DNA from: Nitrososphaeraceae archaeon
Lineage (GTDB): Archaea > Thermoproteota > Nitrososphaeria > Nitrososphaerales > Nitrososphaeraceae
Reading direction: 5' to 3'
DNA length: 64,000 nt
Assembly: GCA_035297365.1 (NCBI GenBank)
Contig: DATGZA010000014.1
Span: 96,001-160,000, forward strand
The notes under the pieces are model-generated. The model made no database searches, was not told the DNA's origin, and saw only the letters and a program-made list of their open reading frames with translations. The first letter of the stretch is position 1. The number at the start of each line of letters is the position of its first letter. A program made the position numbers and the translations under genes. Below are positions 30,688 through 40,254 of the stretch, piece by piece.

Positions 30688-31601
30688 TTACTGAGACAAT
30701 TTATCTAACACTAAAATTACAATAGGAACAATAATTGATATAATAATTTCCAAAGAGATTCTGGTGTTTCTTGAAGTTGTTTCAGTTACGCATTCATTCT
30801 CTCTTTTCAACACTTTAATAATTTCTTGATATGGTAATAATTTATTACTGGTATCTCCAAAGGATTTAGTTAAACTTAATAATAAATTACTATCGCTTGA
30901 ACTTAATATTTTATCATATAAACAGTTCATTGATCTAATTTTTATAGTAAGGTTTTGTTGAAGGAATTTTTGGTAATATACTAAACCTTGAACCAAATAT
31001 TTTAATTTTGTATAAAAATCTTGTTTTCTATTAATAGAAAGAATATAGACTCTAGCGATGTTATAGTAAACAAACTCATTCCTTGGGACTAACATTACCA
31101 AAAAAGCGTTGTAAAACCAGAAGAGAATATGATGATAATCTGAAGTACAAATGAGGCAACATTCTTCAAATCCATTCCGTTTAGGAGAGAAAATGAAAAT
31201 GAGAACGGGTCAAATAAGGAATTATTTAATATAAAATAAAGAGTAATTGAAAATAGAAAAATACCTAGAGATGTATAGAATGCATGTCGTGCATAATTGA
31301 TCGCTAAAATTGTAAAGGACTTTTCTAAATAAAAATTACTTAATTCATCATCTGTAATAGGATCTGTAAATAATTTGCTAATTTTAGAACTCAGATAAAC
31401 ATGGGGAAAAATAACTACGTCCAAGATAATAAGAAATAAAATCGCGAAATCTACATCTTTTGAAACATGAGGATAACCTGAATAAAAATAAAAATTTACA
31501 GATATATATATATGATCATAATATTGGTTAAAATAATACCAGTTAAAAGGAAGATAAACGTTTTATCTCTCTTCATGTTAAGATAAAATTTGAGAATCCA
31601 T
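30688..31601 (-). pseudogene. disrupted membrane-protein gene
   Basis: ATG at 31601 is in frame with ORF 31095-31424 but followed by two TAA codons; frame change at a T6 run (~31101-31106) into ORF 30688-31101; hydrophobic segments. Confidence 0.55.
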
Positions 31602-32028
31602 TAATAAACTAAATTATTGCAATAACTTCAAGATTTTTTAGTTGATTTTTTTATTTAGTTTTTGTTAATGTGGTATCTCTTGTTGCTTTTCGAGATAAGC
31701 GCATTTATGCTTCTTCTGCTTGTGCAATTCCCAATATTCTCCCTTAACAGGATTCCAGTAAATGACAGTATCGCACCTTTGATATTGTGAAGATACAACT
31801 GATAATACATAGATATTGTTGGCAAATACGATCAAAATTAATAGGGCAAAACATGATGAATTATTTTAGTAGTAAATGACTAGGAAATTAAATTTATCTT
31901 ATTATAGAACTTTTTTAATATTACTCGTTGATAATTTCACTTAACATTGAAGATAAAAATTACTTCAATCTTTGTAATCATACTCGCTTCGAGTATAACT
32001 TTTTTTTCGTTCACTTCTACTAAAGTAG

Positions 32029-32304
32029 ATGCGCAAAATAGTTAGTACAGTAGAACTCTTTACAGAAGAGGATTTAATATTTCTTGAGAGAGTGGGACTC
32101 GAAGTATCTGATTTTACTGATAAACAGATAAGAGAGATTAAACAACCATCGCCGGATGCACATGAAGAAAGAATTAAAGCCTGTATGGATATGAAAAATA
32201 CAAATTTTATTGCTGGTGATATAGAATGTGTAACTTGGACACTTTCAGCAGAGGCAAGTTACAGGTTGGCACAATGGGCTATTCAGCAAACTCTTGATGA
32301 ATAA
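32029..32304 (+). CDS. hypothetical protein
   Basis: 91-aa ORF with ATG start. Confidence 0.6.
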   Translation: MRKIVSTVELFTEEDLIFLERVGLEVSDFTDKQIREIKQPSPDAHEERIKACMDMKNTNFIAGDIECVTWTLSAEASYRLAQWAIQQTLDE

Positions 32305-32361
32305 ATAAGATCATTCAGAATCCATCCAATGCCTAAAATTTGTTCGAATCAATTTTCCTAG

Positions 32362-32889
32362 TCATTCATTAATGTATTCTTCTATGGATTCATATTTTTT
32401 ATTCATTTCTGATGGTGTAGGGAATTTTGCTTCATATGAAATTCCTTCATTTAATTTATCGTACTGTTGTCTATCATAGTCACCTTCTATGCCTAGTAAA
32501 GAACATGAAGCGAGCAAGCCGAGATGTCTATCACACACTAATAGTGCAAGTCCTACTGCCCCAGGACATTTCCATTCATTTTCTTTACCAGATTTGGAAA
32601 TGAAAGTTACTGTATTATCCTTTATAACATAACCATCTTCGCCTATACAGTTTTCATGAATTAATTTTATCTGTCCACTCAATTTTTTATCCATTTCGGT
32701 AAAATCTGATAACGACATTCTTAGCAATTTTTCATCTGCATCTTTTTGATCTATTGTAAAAGTTTCATGTGTTGCTTCGACTAACGTAATACTATTAGTT
32801 TGAAGTACAAATGAAAATAATATAAAAAATACAAATATTACTATTGAATTTAGACAGAAATAAAACATAAATAATAAAAATTGAGACAT
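32362..32889 (-). CDS. hypothetical exported/membrane-anchored protein
   Basis: Hydrophobic N-terminus, several Cys. Confidence 0.6.
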   Translation of the reverse strand: MSQFLLFMFYFCLNSIVIFVFFILFSFVLQTNSITLVEATHETFTIDQKDADEKLLRMSLSDFTEMDKKLSGQIKLIHENCIGEDGYVIKDNTVTFISKSGKENEWKCPGAVGLALLVCDRHLGLLASCSLLGIEGDYDRQQYDKLNEGISYEAKFPTPSEMNKKYESIEEYINE

Positions 32890-33115
32890 GCTATTATATT
32901 AAAATATCTGTAACTTGTAATTTTTTTCAGGTTAATTAAATATCCATGAAATATATTAATCATTCTCATTACTGGTTAATTTATCGACTTCGATTTTATT
33001 ATTAAGTCTGGAAGTTATAAGACATCAAAGTTTTGCTAGTGTATTATTAGTTTGAAGATATTTAGAATCCAATTTAATGACATAAATCAATAAACATTGT
33101 AAAAACCAACATAAT

Positions 33116-33550
33116 TTAAAGTGGTACTATAATCCTTTGTGGTTCTCCAGATGCAGTTGGAGTTGAATAGGCTATATTACATTTAATAGATTGACTGAAA
33201 CTTTGAGTACCTAGTTCTATGACACAAGCATAAATTTCAGATCCTGGTTCCACAGGTTCATTCATAGTAATTGCAACATCTATCATTTTATCTGGAGAAA
33301 AAGATTCTTCCTGTCCTGCTTGAATAACTGCTTTGGAAACATCAACTTTTTTTACTTGAACCTCGTTTTCACTGCTCAAAAGTGCAATTAGATTAGTCTC
33401 TGTAAATGATGATATTTCTCTTATGTTTATAATGAAGTTATTAAGGCTTGTAGTAGTTTGATTAACTTCCTGACCATAAATATTTGGCACTGTCATGCCA
33501 GAAACGAAGGTTAATACCGCACAAATGATTGGAAAAATTATTATTTTCAT
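33116..33550 (-). CDS. hypothetical secreted protein
   Basis: Signal-peptide-like MKIIIFPIICAVLTFVSG...YGQ; beta-rich body with a Cys pair. Confidence 0.7.
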   Translation of the reverse strand: MKIIIFPIICAVLTFVSGMTVPNIYGQEVNQTTTSLNNFIINIREISSFTETNLIALLSSENEVQVKKVDVSKAVIQAGQEESFSPDKMIDVAITMNEPVEPGSEIYACVIELGTQSFSQSIKCNIAYSTPTASGEPQRIIVPL

Positions 33551-33710
33551 CTAAAATCTGAATCTAATCCAATCTTTTAAGGATATCGAAAAAATTGAGT
33601 TTCAATTATTTATGTTATATTTGCGATACTCTTATGCAATTATTTGGTAGTAGACATTATAATAATATAGGTACAAAAATAGGATAAATATTTTTAGTTA
33701 TTATTTTACA

Positions 33711-33917
33711 TTAATATTCTTTCGTTCGCATCCAAAAATGACCGTTAGTACAGCAAAAACTTTCCTCTAAGGGGGGTACGTAATCAGATTTTACATAATT
33801 ACCATTTTCATCATAATGTCCTCCAATTGTTTGAAAATAAGTCCTCCAATCAATAGGATATACAAGACTTTTTAAACCAAGTTGTTTACACGTATTACAA
33901 ATAACTTTATCTTCCAT
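33711..33917 (-). CDS. small zinc-finger-like protein
   Basis: CNTC...CTNGH. Confidence 0.65.
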   Translation of the reverse strand: MEDKVICNTCKQLGLKSLVYPIDWRTYFQTIGGHYDENGNYVKSDYVPPLEESFCCTNGHFWMRTKEY

Positions 33918-34073
33918 AATTCGTTATAACTATCGCTAATATATTAGGTAATTGCTTTATCGAGGGATAGAATATAGTTTAATACTAAATTTCTGAAACT
34001 TCCTCTTCATCCTCTTCAATATCATTATCATTTTGAATATTAGTATTATCATAAGTAGTAGAAGAACTCATTT

Positions 34074-34253
34074 CTAGTTGTAAGATTTGGTATTCTCCAG
34101 ACTTGTATAAGTTATCGGAGGTGTAGTTTTATAATTAAATCTGATACCACAAACTGGACAGATTGTAGATAGCATATAATCGTTGTAAGAGTCAGTTTCT
34201 ATGATTTCGTTACATTTTGGACATATAGTGAAAGGTTTGCTAGGATTGGTCAT
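34074..34253 (-). CDS. small zinc-ribbon protein
   Basis: CPKC...CPVC; ATG 34253 sits at the same module position as the ATG at 34971. Confidence 0.65.
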   Translation of the reverse strand: MTNPSKPFTICPKCNEIIETDSYNDYMLSTICPVCGIRFNYKTTPPITYTSLENTKSYN

Positions 34254-34452
34254 TTCTGTTTCTTCCCTTACTATCATAAAAATCCAGTAGTCTATTCATT
34301 ATCTCGTCAACAGATTCTACTTTCCCATATCATACACTGTTTCCCTTCATTCTTTCAAAAGTCTCATTTTCTATCTGAATTAATTTCCCTTCTTTTATTT
34401 CCTCTACAACTCTACCCAACCAGCCGCCACGTAACGGACCACGACCACCCAT
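34240..34452 (-). pseudogene. RHH-like small regulator, copy 1, with in-frame TGA
   Basis: MGGRGPLRGGWLGRVVEEIKEGKLIQIENETFERMKGNSV*YGKVESVDEIMNRLLDFYDSKGRNRNDQS. Confidence 0.6.
34265..34370. repeat. 106-bp identical direct repeat, copy 1
   Basis: Identical to 34984-35089; weaker similarity extends a further ~120 bp. Confidence 0.95.
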
Positions 34453-34545
34453 ACAAAGAAAATAAAAGAAGATTAGAATAAAAGTATATTTAAAAAATTA
34501 TATTGCATATAAAAAAAATATTAAATATTTAATAAAATTGAAATT

Positions 34546-34971
34546 TTATTTAACATCTGATAGGTCATTTTTGATTTTGATCATATCAATACACTTTCTA
34601 ACCACAATATCAGAGAAGTAATCTTCTTCTATCGCTTTATCATTAAAATGACCTGTTTTATCTAATTCAGCGAAAACTTCCAACAATAATTTTCTGCCCA
34701 AATCAGTATATTTATAGAATTTACCCCTACCTTCTTTCGCATCTTTCAGAGAAGCTGCTATACAATACCAACGACATTTTTCATCAATGTATATTCTTCT
34801 ACTACCTTCCTTACCGCCCTGTTCGAATACAAATTCAATTACCTTATTACGCTTAGGGTCCAGAATTATTACCTGACCTTCTTCATCCAGAATTACCTTA
34901 CCTTCTTCATACAGAATTACCTTACCTTCTTCATCGTTATTGTTATTATTGTCGTTGTCTCTAGTAGTCAT
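34546..34971 (-). CDS. hypothetical protein with N-terminal tandem EEGKVIL repeats
   Basis: 141-aa ORF; 24-bp tandem unit at 34861-34935. Confidence 0.7.
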   Translation of the reverse strand: MTTRDNDNNNNNDEEGKVILYEEGKVILDEEGQVIILDPKRNKVIEFVFEQGGKEGSRRIYIDEKCRWYCIAASLKDAKEGRGKFYKYTDLGRKLLLEVFAELDKTGHFNDKAIEEDYFSDIVVRKCIDMIKIKNDLSDVK

Positions 34972-35168
34972 TTCTGTGATTTCCCCTTACTATCATAAAA
35001 ATCCAGTAGTCTATTCATTATCTCGTCAACAGATTCTACTTTCCCATATCATACACTGTTTCCCTTCATTCTTTCAAAAGTCTCATTTTGTATCCTAAAT
35101 AATTTTACATTTTTTGTTTCCCCAACTCTACGCAACCAACCCCCACGTACTACTACAGGACTCCCCAT
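34968..35168 (-). pseudogene. RHH-like small regulator, copy 2, with in-frame TGA
   Basis: MGSPVVVRGGWLRRVGETKNVKLFRIQNETFERMKGNSV*YGKVESVDEIMNRLLDFYDSKGKSQK; terminal TGA overlaps the next ATG (ATGA). Confidence 0.6.
34984..35089. repeat. 106-bp identical direct repeat, copy 2
   Basis: Identical to 34265-34370. Confidence 0.95.
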
Positions 35169-35427
35169 TAAATAAAACAAAAGAAGATTACGATAAATAT
35201 TTTTAGTTAATTACTATTTATTTCTAAATTCAGAAAATAAATACTAAAAAGTGGGGTCGGAGTACTCGTGACACCCTGGAGAGACAAACAACAACAACAA
35301 GAAAAGGAATCTATCAGAACCCTAAACGATATAGAGATGGCAGAAATCGAGGCAGAGGACTATAGAACCCAGCGACTAACCTACATGGAAGACGATTATT
35401 CCTTTTAGTTACCAGTGAATTGCCACA

Positions 35428-35670
35428 ATGGGAAGACGTAGACTACATAGGCCCACACTGACAACGATCAACATTTCGGTAGATACTGCAGAGATAATAG
35501 CAAGGATCAAGCATAGCAGGGAAACACAAGACGGATTTATCCGTAGACTGTTAGCAGAATGGGATGACCTTAAAGACTACAGGCTGGACATGGACCAAGT
35601 TATCAAGGTTAAGGATAAGCAGATATTGACGCTGGAAAATGAACTGAGGGAAAAAATCAAATCCTTTTAA
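35428..35670 (+). CDS. RHH-like DNA-binding protein with C-terminal coiled coil
   Basis: TTINISVDT...ETQDGFIRRLL, followed by heptad-like tail. Confidence 0.65.
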   Translation: MGRRRLHRPTLTTINISVDTAEIIARIKHSRETQDGFIRRLLAEWDDLKDYRLDMDQVIKVKDKQILTLENELREKIKSF

Positions 35671-35697
35671 TTTTATATTTATATTTTACTTTATTTT

Positions 35698-35903
35698 AAT
35701 TAATTAATTAATCTATTATTTTTCAAGTACGCAATTTATTATTTTTTGTATATTATAAAATAAGTTTATTAATGTGTCTAGATTTATATGATCTTAGGTC
35801 CTATTCCATAGTCTACTATGGAGTAAGAGTAAGAGTCTTCAGTTTCTATCTATCTATTTTAATATAATTATTCAATAATAAAAAATAGATTAATTAATTA
35901 ATT
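35698..35903. repeat. 20-bp inverted repeat enclosing a palindrome
   Basis: AATTAATTAATTAATCTATT (35698-35717) and its reverse complement (35884-35903); TCCATAGT-CT-ACTATGGA at 35805-35822. Confidence 0.8.
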
Positions 35904-36177
35904 TATTACTCTAGCGATATTCTGAAATGTAAAATCAGGATTTTCAGTAATGCCGGAGTAGAAAGTGGTTGACAACACTTTCTTCGTTCCGGACTAAGTC
36001 GCGAGTCACAAATTATGAAGTCGGTAATGTAATTACGATAAAGTCGTTTATCTTCATTTATAATAGGAAATATTTAGATGTATATAGATCTAAATATCCA
36101 TTTGACGTATTACCGTCATTAGTCAAACGGATTGCTCTAGCGATATATTTGACTGGAACACTCATGCGATGCTAAAA

Positions 36178-36197
36178 GGTTATTCCTAGCACACTAT
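36178..36197 (+). repeat. attR core (duplicate of the rnpB 3' end)
   Basis: GGTTATTCCTAGCACACTAT. Confidence 0.9.
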
Positions 36198-36330
36198 CAA
36201 TGCCAATGAACGTTCTCAGATCTATTTTTGATGATTAATTTAATGATGGTAAAATCCTATCAAATCATAAAGATGATCAGACCTGATGATATGGTATTTA
36301 AGTTTGAAACATCAATCTTTTGACAAATAC

Positions 36331-36348
36331 TTATTGCCAGCACACTAT
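36331..36348 (+). repeat. degenerate third att copy
   Basis: TTATTGCCAGCACACTAT, 16/18 identical to the core. Confidence 0.6.
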
Positions 36349-36587
36349 TGATAACAAGCGAGTTCAATGTAATTTGACTAACGATAGAAATCAAGGCCAA
36401 AAAAAAATAGACTTGATTCGTAATTTCCATTTTTTAACTTGTTTTGTTATTTTATAATATTTTTATAACTAAAATTATAAACAAGTTATGTTTAGATTTA
36501 TAGAAAATAATTTCTATCCTTATAAAAGACGAGATACAAAATTAATATAATCTTGGATTAATATTTTTATGCTATTTGAATATGGAA

Positions 36588-38357
36588 TTATTTTGTAACT
36601 ATTAACATCAATACTATTATTCCAAATGTAACAACTAAGAATATCTTAGTCAAATCCATAGACTTATCTAAGGCCCTTGAATAATCTTGAAATTGACCAT
36701 TACCCATAACTTTAATTGATGTTTTGCTGTCTAATATCTCGTATTTTGCATTTTTGATTTTTTCTTGTGCTTCAGATAAGATATAAATAAAATATTTTGT
36801 TGCCTGTTCAAAACTTGTAATTTCTCCAAATGGAAAATATCCTTCGGAAGTCCTAAATCCTGAATTTTCATGAGTATCAGAGGTACAAATATCTAACAAT
36901 GTAATGTCCTTTTGTTCAAGATCCTTAATAATATGTTCTCGCAATCCGTTTTTCATATTATTTGAATCTATCCAACCAATAAAATATTGTTTATCATGAA
37001 TTTGAATCATAAATATGGATATTCCTGCTTTTCCTAGATCTTTATTATTTATGTCACTTTGGATTTCTCTTGTACTAGAATAACTTATTTTAAACTCCGA
37101 CTGAGGAGAATTTCTTAGATTTCTTAAGCAACTTTTTGCAGCATTTACCATATTATTTCTGCTTATTTCCTCTAGTTTTTTCCCCATAGCATTATGACTA
37201 TCTATTATTAAAATCTTGTCAAAACCAATTTCTTTTGAATATTTCTCTAATTCAATTAATATATTTTCGGGAACATCATCCATACCAACGGGTGAATTGG
37301 ATAAAATTATAAGAGGTACTTTTCCAAATGCAATTCCAGTACAAGTGGAACTTCCATTTGTTACCCTTATAGGCGTGGAACAAGTAGTTCCATTTTGGAT
37401 TATATTATATGTTGATAAAGATTCTAAATATTTTACAACCTCTTCATTAGATGGAATATTTAACGAATGATCCGAAACACTATGAAATACGATTGATTTA
37501 TAATCATAGTATTCCCAAATTCTAAACGATAAATTACTTCCTCCTATTGTCTTGAAGGGTCCTGGATGTATATCTGGTAATACTAAATTTATATTTTCGA
37601 AATCATCGCCAAACCTAACAATTCTAGTAAATACCGATGCGTCTCTGGATTTAGATATCAGAATCTTTTCAATATCTTCAACTTTATTTTCTGTCCAGGC
37701 AGACATAAAAGCTTGTAAGAGAGAAAAAGTACTTTGAATATATGGACGACCTGATCTATCTACTAATATAGCCCATGCTATCCCTAAACCTAATATAATG
37801 AAGCCAAAACAAATGGGAATGGGGTCTGTCAGCTCCTTAAATGAATTTAACGGAGTTATGACAAAAAATAAGATGGAAGGTTGATATATTGCTGTTTTTA
37901 TTGCTTTTTTTAGGCCTGCTCCAAAAACTGATGTAAATATACCTATTCTTAACCCAATTGCTACCATCATACCTTCTATTATATGTCCAATAGGAATATT
38001 GTCTTTGTTGAAGATCATGTATGAGACTATACCCAGAATTAAAATTGCCATCCAAAGAAGATTTGAAAATGCTGAAACATGGAGTACCTTGGAAAACTTG
38101 TTGACAGGCGTATCACGCAACAAATAAAAATCTAAAAAATAACTACAAATTAAAAAAGTTAAACCCAATATAGAATAAATGATAATATGAGCTGAATCCT
38201 GTAGAAAATAAATTTCTGTTAATATAATAATTAACAGTGAGCTAATTATAGATATTGTTAAGGAAATCTTATAAGATGAAAAGTTTATTCTTATGAAAGA
38301 CCATCTTTTGTGGATATTAGAAACACTATCATGGTCCTCTCCCATTAGATGAGCCAC
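36588..38357 (-). CDS. DUF2070-family membrane protein
   Basis: N-terminal TMs; HPGPF..IGGSNL, DSHN, DSNNM, TSDTH. Confidence 0.88.
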   Translation of the reverse strand: MAHLMGEDHDSVSNIHKRWSFIRINFSSYKISLTISIISSLLIIILTEIYFLQDSAHIIIYSILGLTFLICSYFLDFYLLRDTPVNKFSKVLHVSAFSNLLWMAILILGIVSYMIFNKDNIPIGHIIEGMMVAIGLRIGIFTSVFGAGLKKAIKTAIYQPSILFFVITPLNSFKELTDPIPICFGFIILGLGIAWAILVDRSGRPYIQSTFSLLQAFMSAWTENKVEDIEKILISKSRDASVFTRIVRFGDDFENINLVLPDIHPGPFKTIGGSNLSFRIWEYYDYKSIVFHSVSDHSLNIPSNEEVVKYLESLSTYNIIQNGTTCSTPIRVTNGSSTCTGIAFGKVPLIILSNSPVGMDDVPENILIELEKYSKEIGFDKILIIDSHNAMGKKLEEISRNNMVNAAKSCLRNLRNSPQSEFKISYSSTREIQSDINNKDLGKAGISIFMIQIHDKQYFIGWIDSNNMKNGLREHIIKDLEQKDITLLDICTSDTHENSGFRTSEGYFPFGEITSFEQATKYFIYILSEAQEKIKNAKYEILDSKTSIKVMGNGQFQDYSRALDKSMDLTKIFLVVTFGIIVLMLIVTK

Positions 38358-38359
38358 TA

Positions 38360-38563
38360 TTATACAGGAAATATGACCCTGATCAATATAGAAATTGCTA
38401 TTAACCCTCCGGTAACCCCGAGAACTATTTCTGGTTTTACCTTGACTCCTTTAGTCTCATCCTCAAAAAATCTTAATAATCCTGCGCTAGAAGCTGGTAA
38501 TGGTGCATTCTTCTTTTTACTACTCAATTCGATAAACTTCAGCACATTATTACTTAAATACAT
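38360..38563 (-). CDS. secG: preprotein translocase subunit Sec61beta
   Basis: PASSAGLLRFFEDETKG.KVKP plus TM; true start probably a little downstream. Confidence 0.92.
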   Translation of the reverse strand: MYLSNNVLKFIELSSKKKNAPLPASSAGLLRFFEDETKGVKVKPEIVLGVTGGLIAISILIRVIFPV

Positions 38564-38829
38564 ATCGTTTTATCTAAAGACTACGAGAGATTCCAATTTG
38601 AAATTATAGCTAATATGATTTTGTTAGTCTTTTAAAAGATCAAAACTAAAACTAAAATAGAGAATATTTGAATATTTGAATAACCATCCGCAAGAAATTA
38701 AATATTTTCAATTCTTACTTTTGTTTCAGATTGCTTTATATACACCACAAATACGTTAGATTTAATATCTGTACTTTTTACTTGGGAACGCTTAATAAGA
38801 AGATATGAAAAAGAATAGGTAAATAAAAT

Positions 38830-39138
38830 ATGGCGGTTATTTGTAAAAAATGTGGATTACCTGATGATTTATGCCCGTGTGGTGAACTAGAAAAAGAAGA
38901 AACAAGAATCATAATCCGCCTAGAAACAAGAAGATTTTCAAAGACTACTACTTTGATTGAAGGAATTGATCCTAAAATAACCAATATGCAAAATATTGTA
39001 AAAGAATTAAAAAGTCAATTTGCTTGTGGTGGTACAGCAAAAGATGGGTTCATAATGTTACAGGGGGATCATAGAGATGATGTTAAAGGATATCTAATAA
39101 AAAAAGGATTTAATGAAGAGGCAATAGAAGTTCAATAA
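38830..39138 (+). CDS. translation initiation factor aIF1/SUI1
   Basis: CKKCGLP..LC.C, ACGGT, LQGDHR. Confidence 0.95.
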   Translation: MAVICKKCGLPDDLCPCGELEKEETRIIIRLETRRFSKTTTLIEGIDPKITNMQNIVKELKSQFACGGTAKDGFIMLQGDHRDDVKGYLIKKGFNEEAIEVQ

Positions 39139-39278
39139 TTTGTGGAATTAACAATGAATTTTTTATAAAAACATCCATTTTACAAGATAGTTTATATGCT
39201 ATTATGGCAATATTTATATTGTAGAATAAAACATAAATAATACGGTTTAAGTTATTAAAAAGTTTTATGGTGAAATGA

Positions 39279-40193
39279 ATGGTTAAAGATATTTCGTTAT
39301 TTGGTGATCGTTGTCCTAGATGTGGTAAAGGTCCTATGGTTACCGATAATTCCACGGGTGAAATGTTTTGCGGCAATTGTGGTTTTGTAATCAATGAAAG
39401 AATTGAGGAAACCGGACCTGAATGGAGGGCTTTTTCTAAAGAAGAACATGAAGATAGAAGTAGAGCAGGAATTCCAACTTCCTTGGCGATGCATGATATG
39501 GGATTAGCCACAATAATCGGTCCTGTAGACAAGGATGCATCTGGAAAACCATTGTCTTCTTCTATGAAAAGCACAATTGAAAGGTTAAGAACTTGGGATA
39601 GTCGAAGTCAGGTACATGAACCGGTTGATCGTAACTTTAGACAGGCATTCAGTGAGTTAGATAGATTGAAAGATAAATTAGCTGTGGGTGATGCTGTTAT
39701 AGAAAAAGCAGCGTATGTGTATAGAAAAGCACTCGAAAAAGGCCTTGTTAGAGGAAGGTCGATTTCAGCATTAGTCGCAGCTGCATTGTATGCTGCTTGC
39801 CGTGATACAGAAACGCCCAGAACTTTAAAAGATATAGCAAACGCTAGTAATATCAAGAAAAAAGACGTTGCTAGGTGTTATAGATTATTAATCAGAGAGT
39901 TGGATTTACGTATGCCTGTTGTCGATCCGGTCAAATGTGTTGCAAGAATAGCAAGTAAGGCGGGATTATCAGAAAAAACAAAACGTAAGGCGTTAGAGAT
40001 ACTAAAGAAAGCAGAAGAAGGCAAGATTTCAGCCGGTAAAGATCCTATGGGACTAGCAGCTGCGGCTCTTTATGTAGCTTGTGTAATGAATGGTGAAAAT
40101 AAAACCCAAAAAGATGTAGCAGAAGCAGCTGGTGTTACAGAAGTGACAATCAGAAATAGATACAAGGGATTAAAAACACACTTAAAACTATAA
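39279..40193 (+). CDS. tfb: transcription initiation factor IIB (TFB)
   Basis: Zn ribbon, GPEWRAF, HDMGL, cyclin repeats, VTEVTIRNRYK. Confidence 0.97.
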   Translation: MVKDISLFGDRCPRCGKGPMVTDNSTGEMFCGNCGFVINERIEETGPEWRAFSKEEHEDRSRAGIPTSLAMHDMGLATIIGPVDKDASGKPLSSSMKSTIERLRTWDSRSQVHEPVDRNFRQAFSELDRLKDKLAVGDAVIEKAAYVYRKALEKGLVRGRSISALVAAALYAACRDTETPRTLKDIANASNIKKKDVARCYRLLIRELDLRMPVVDPVKCVARIASKAGLSEKTKRKALEILKKAEEGKISAGKDPMGLAAAALYVACVMNGENKTQKDVAEAAGVTEVTIRNRYKGLKTHLKL

Positions 40194-40254
40194 TTCTTAT
40201 TTAAGATGTTTTTTACTAAAATGTGAATATTTATGACGATCATTTAACGTAGTT

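Larger units (their letters stand above)
29173..36197. mobile_element. decaying ~7 kb integrative element inserted at the rnpB 3' end
   Basis: 20-bp direct repeats, integrase remnant next to attL, orphan and pseudogene cargo, housekeeping genes on both sides. Confidence 0.85.

Noticed and set aside
34240-35168. Selenoprotein interpretation of the in-frame TGA
   Set aside because: No Cys-type redox context, no SECIS recognised, and Sec machinery is not known in this lineage.
35969-36175. 68-aa TTG ORF next to attR
   Set aside because: No recognisable motif and not an integrase C-terminus; likely non-coding.
29173-36197. Provirus or casposon call for the element
   Set aside because: No capsid, terminase, polB or Cas1 gene recognised.
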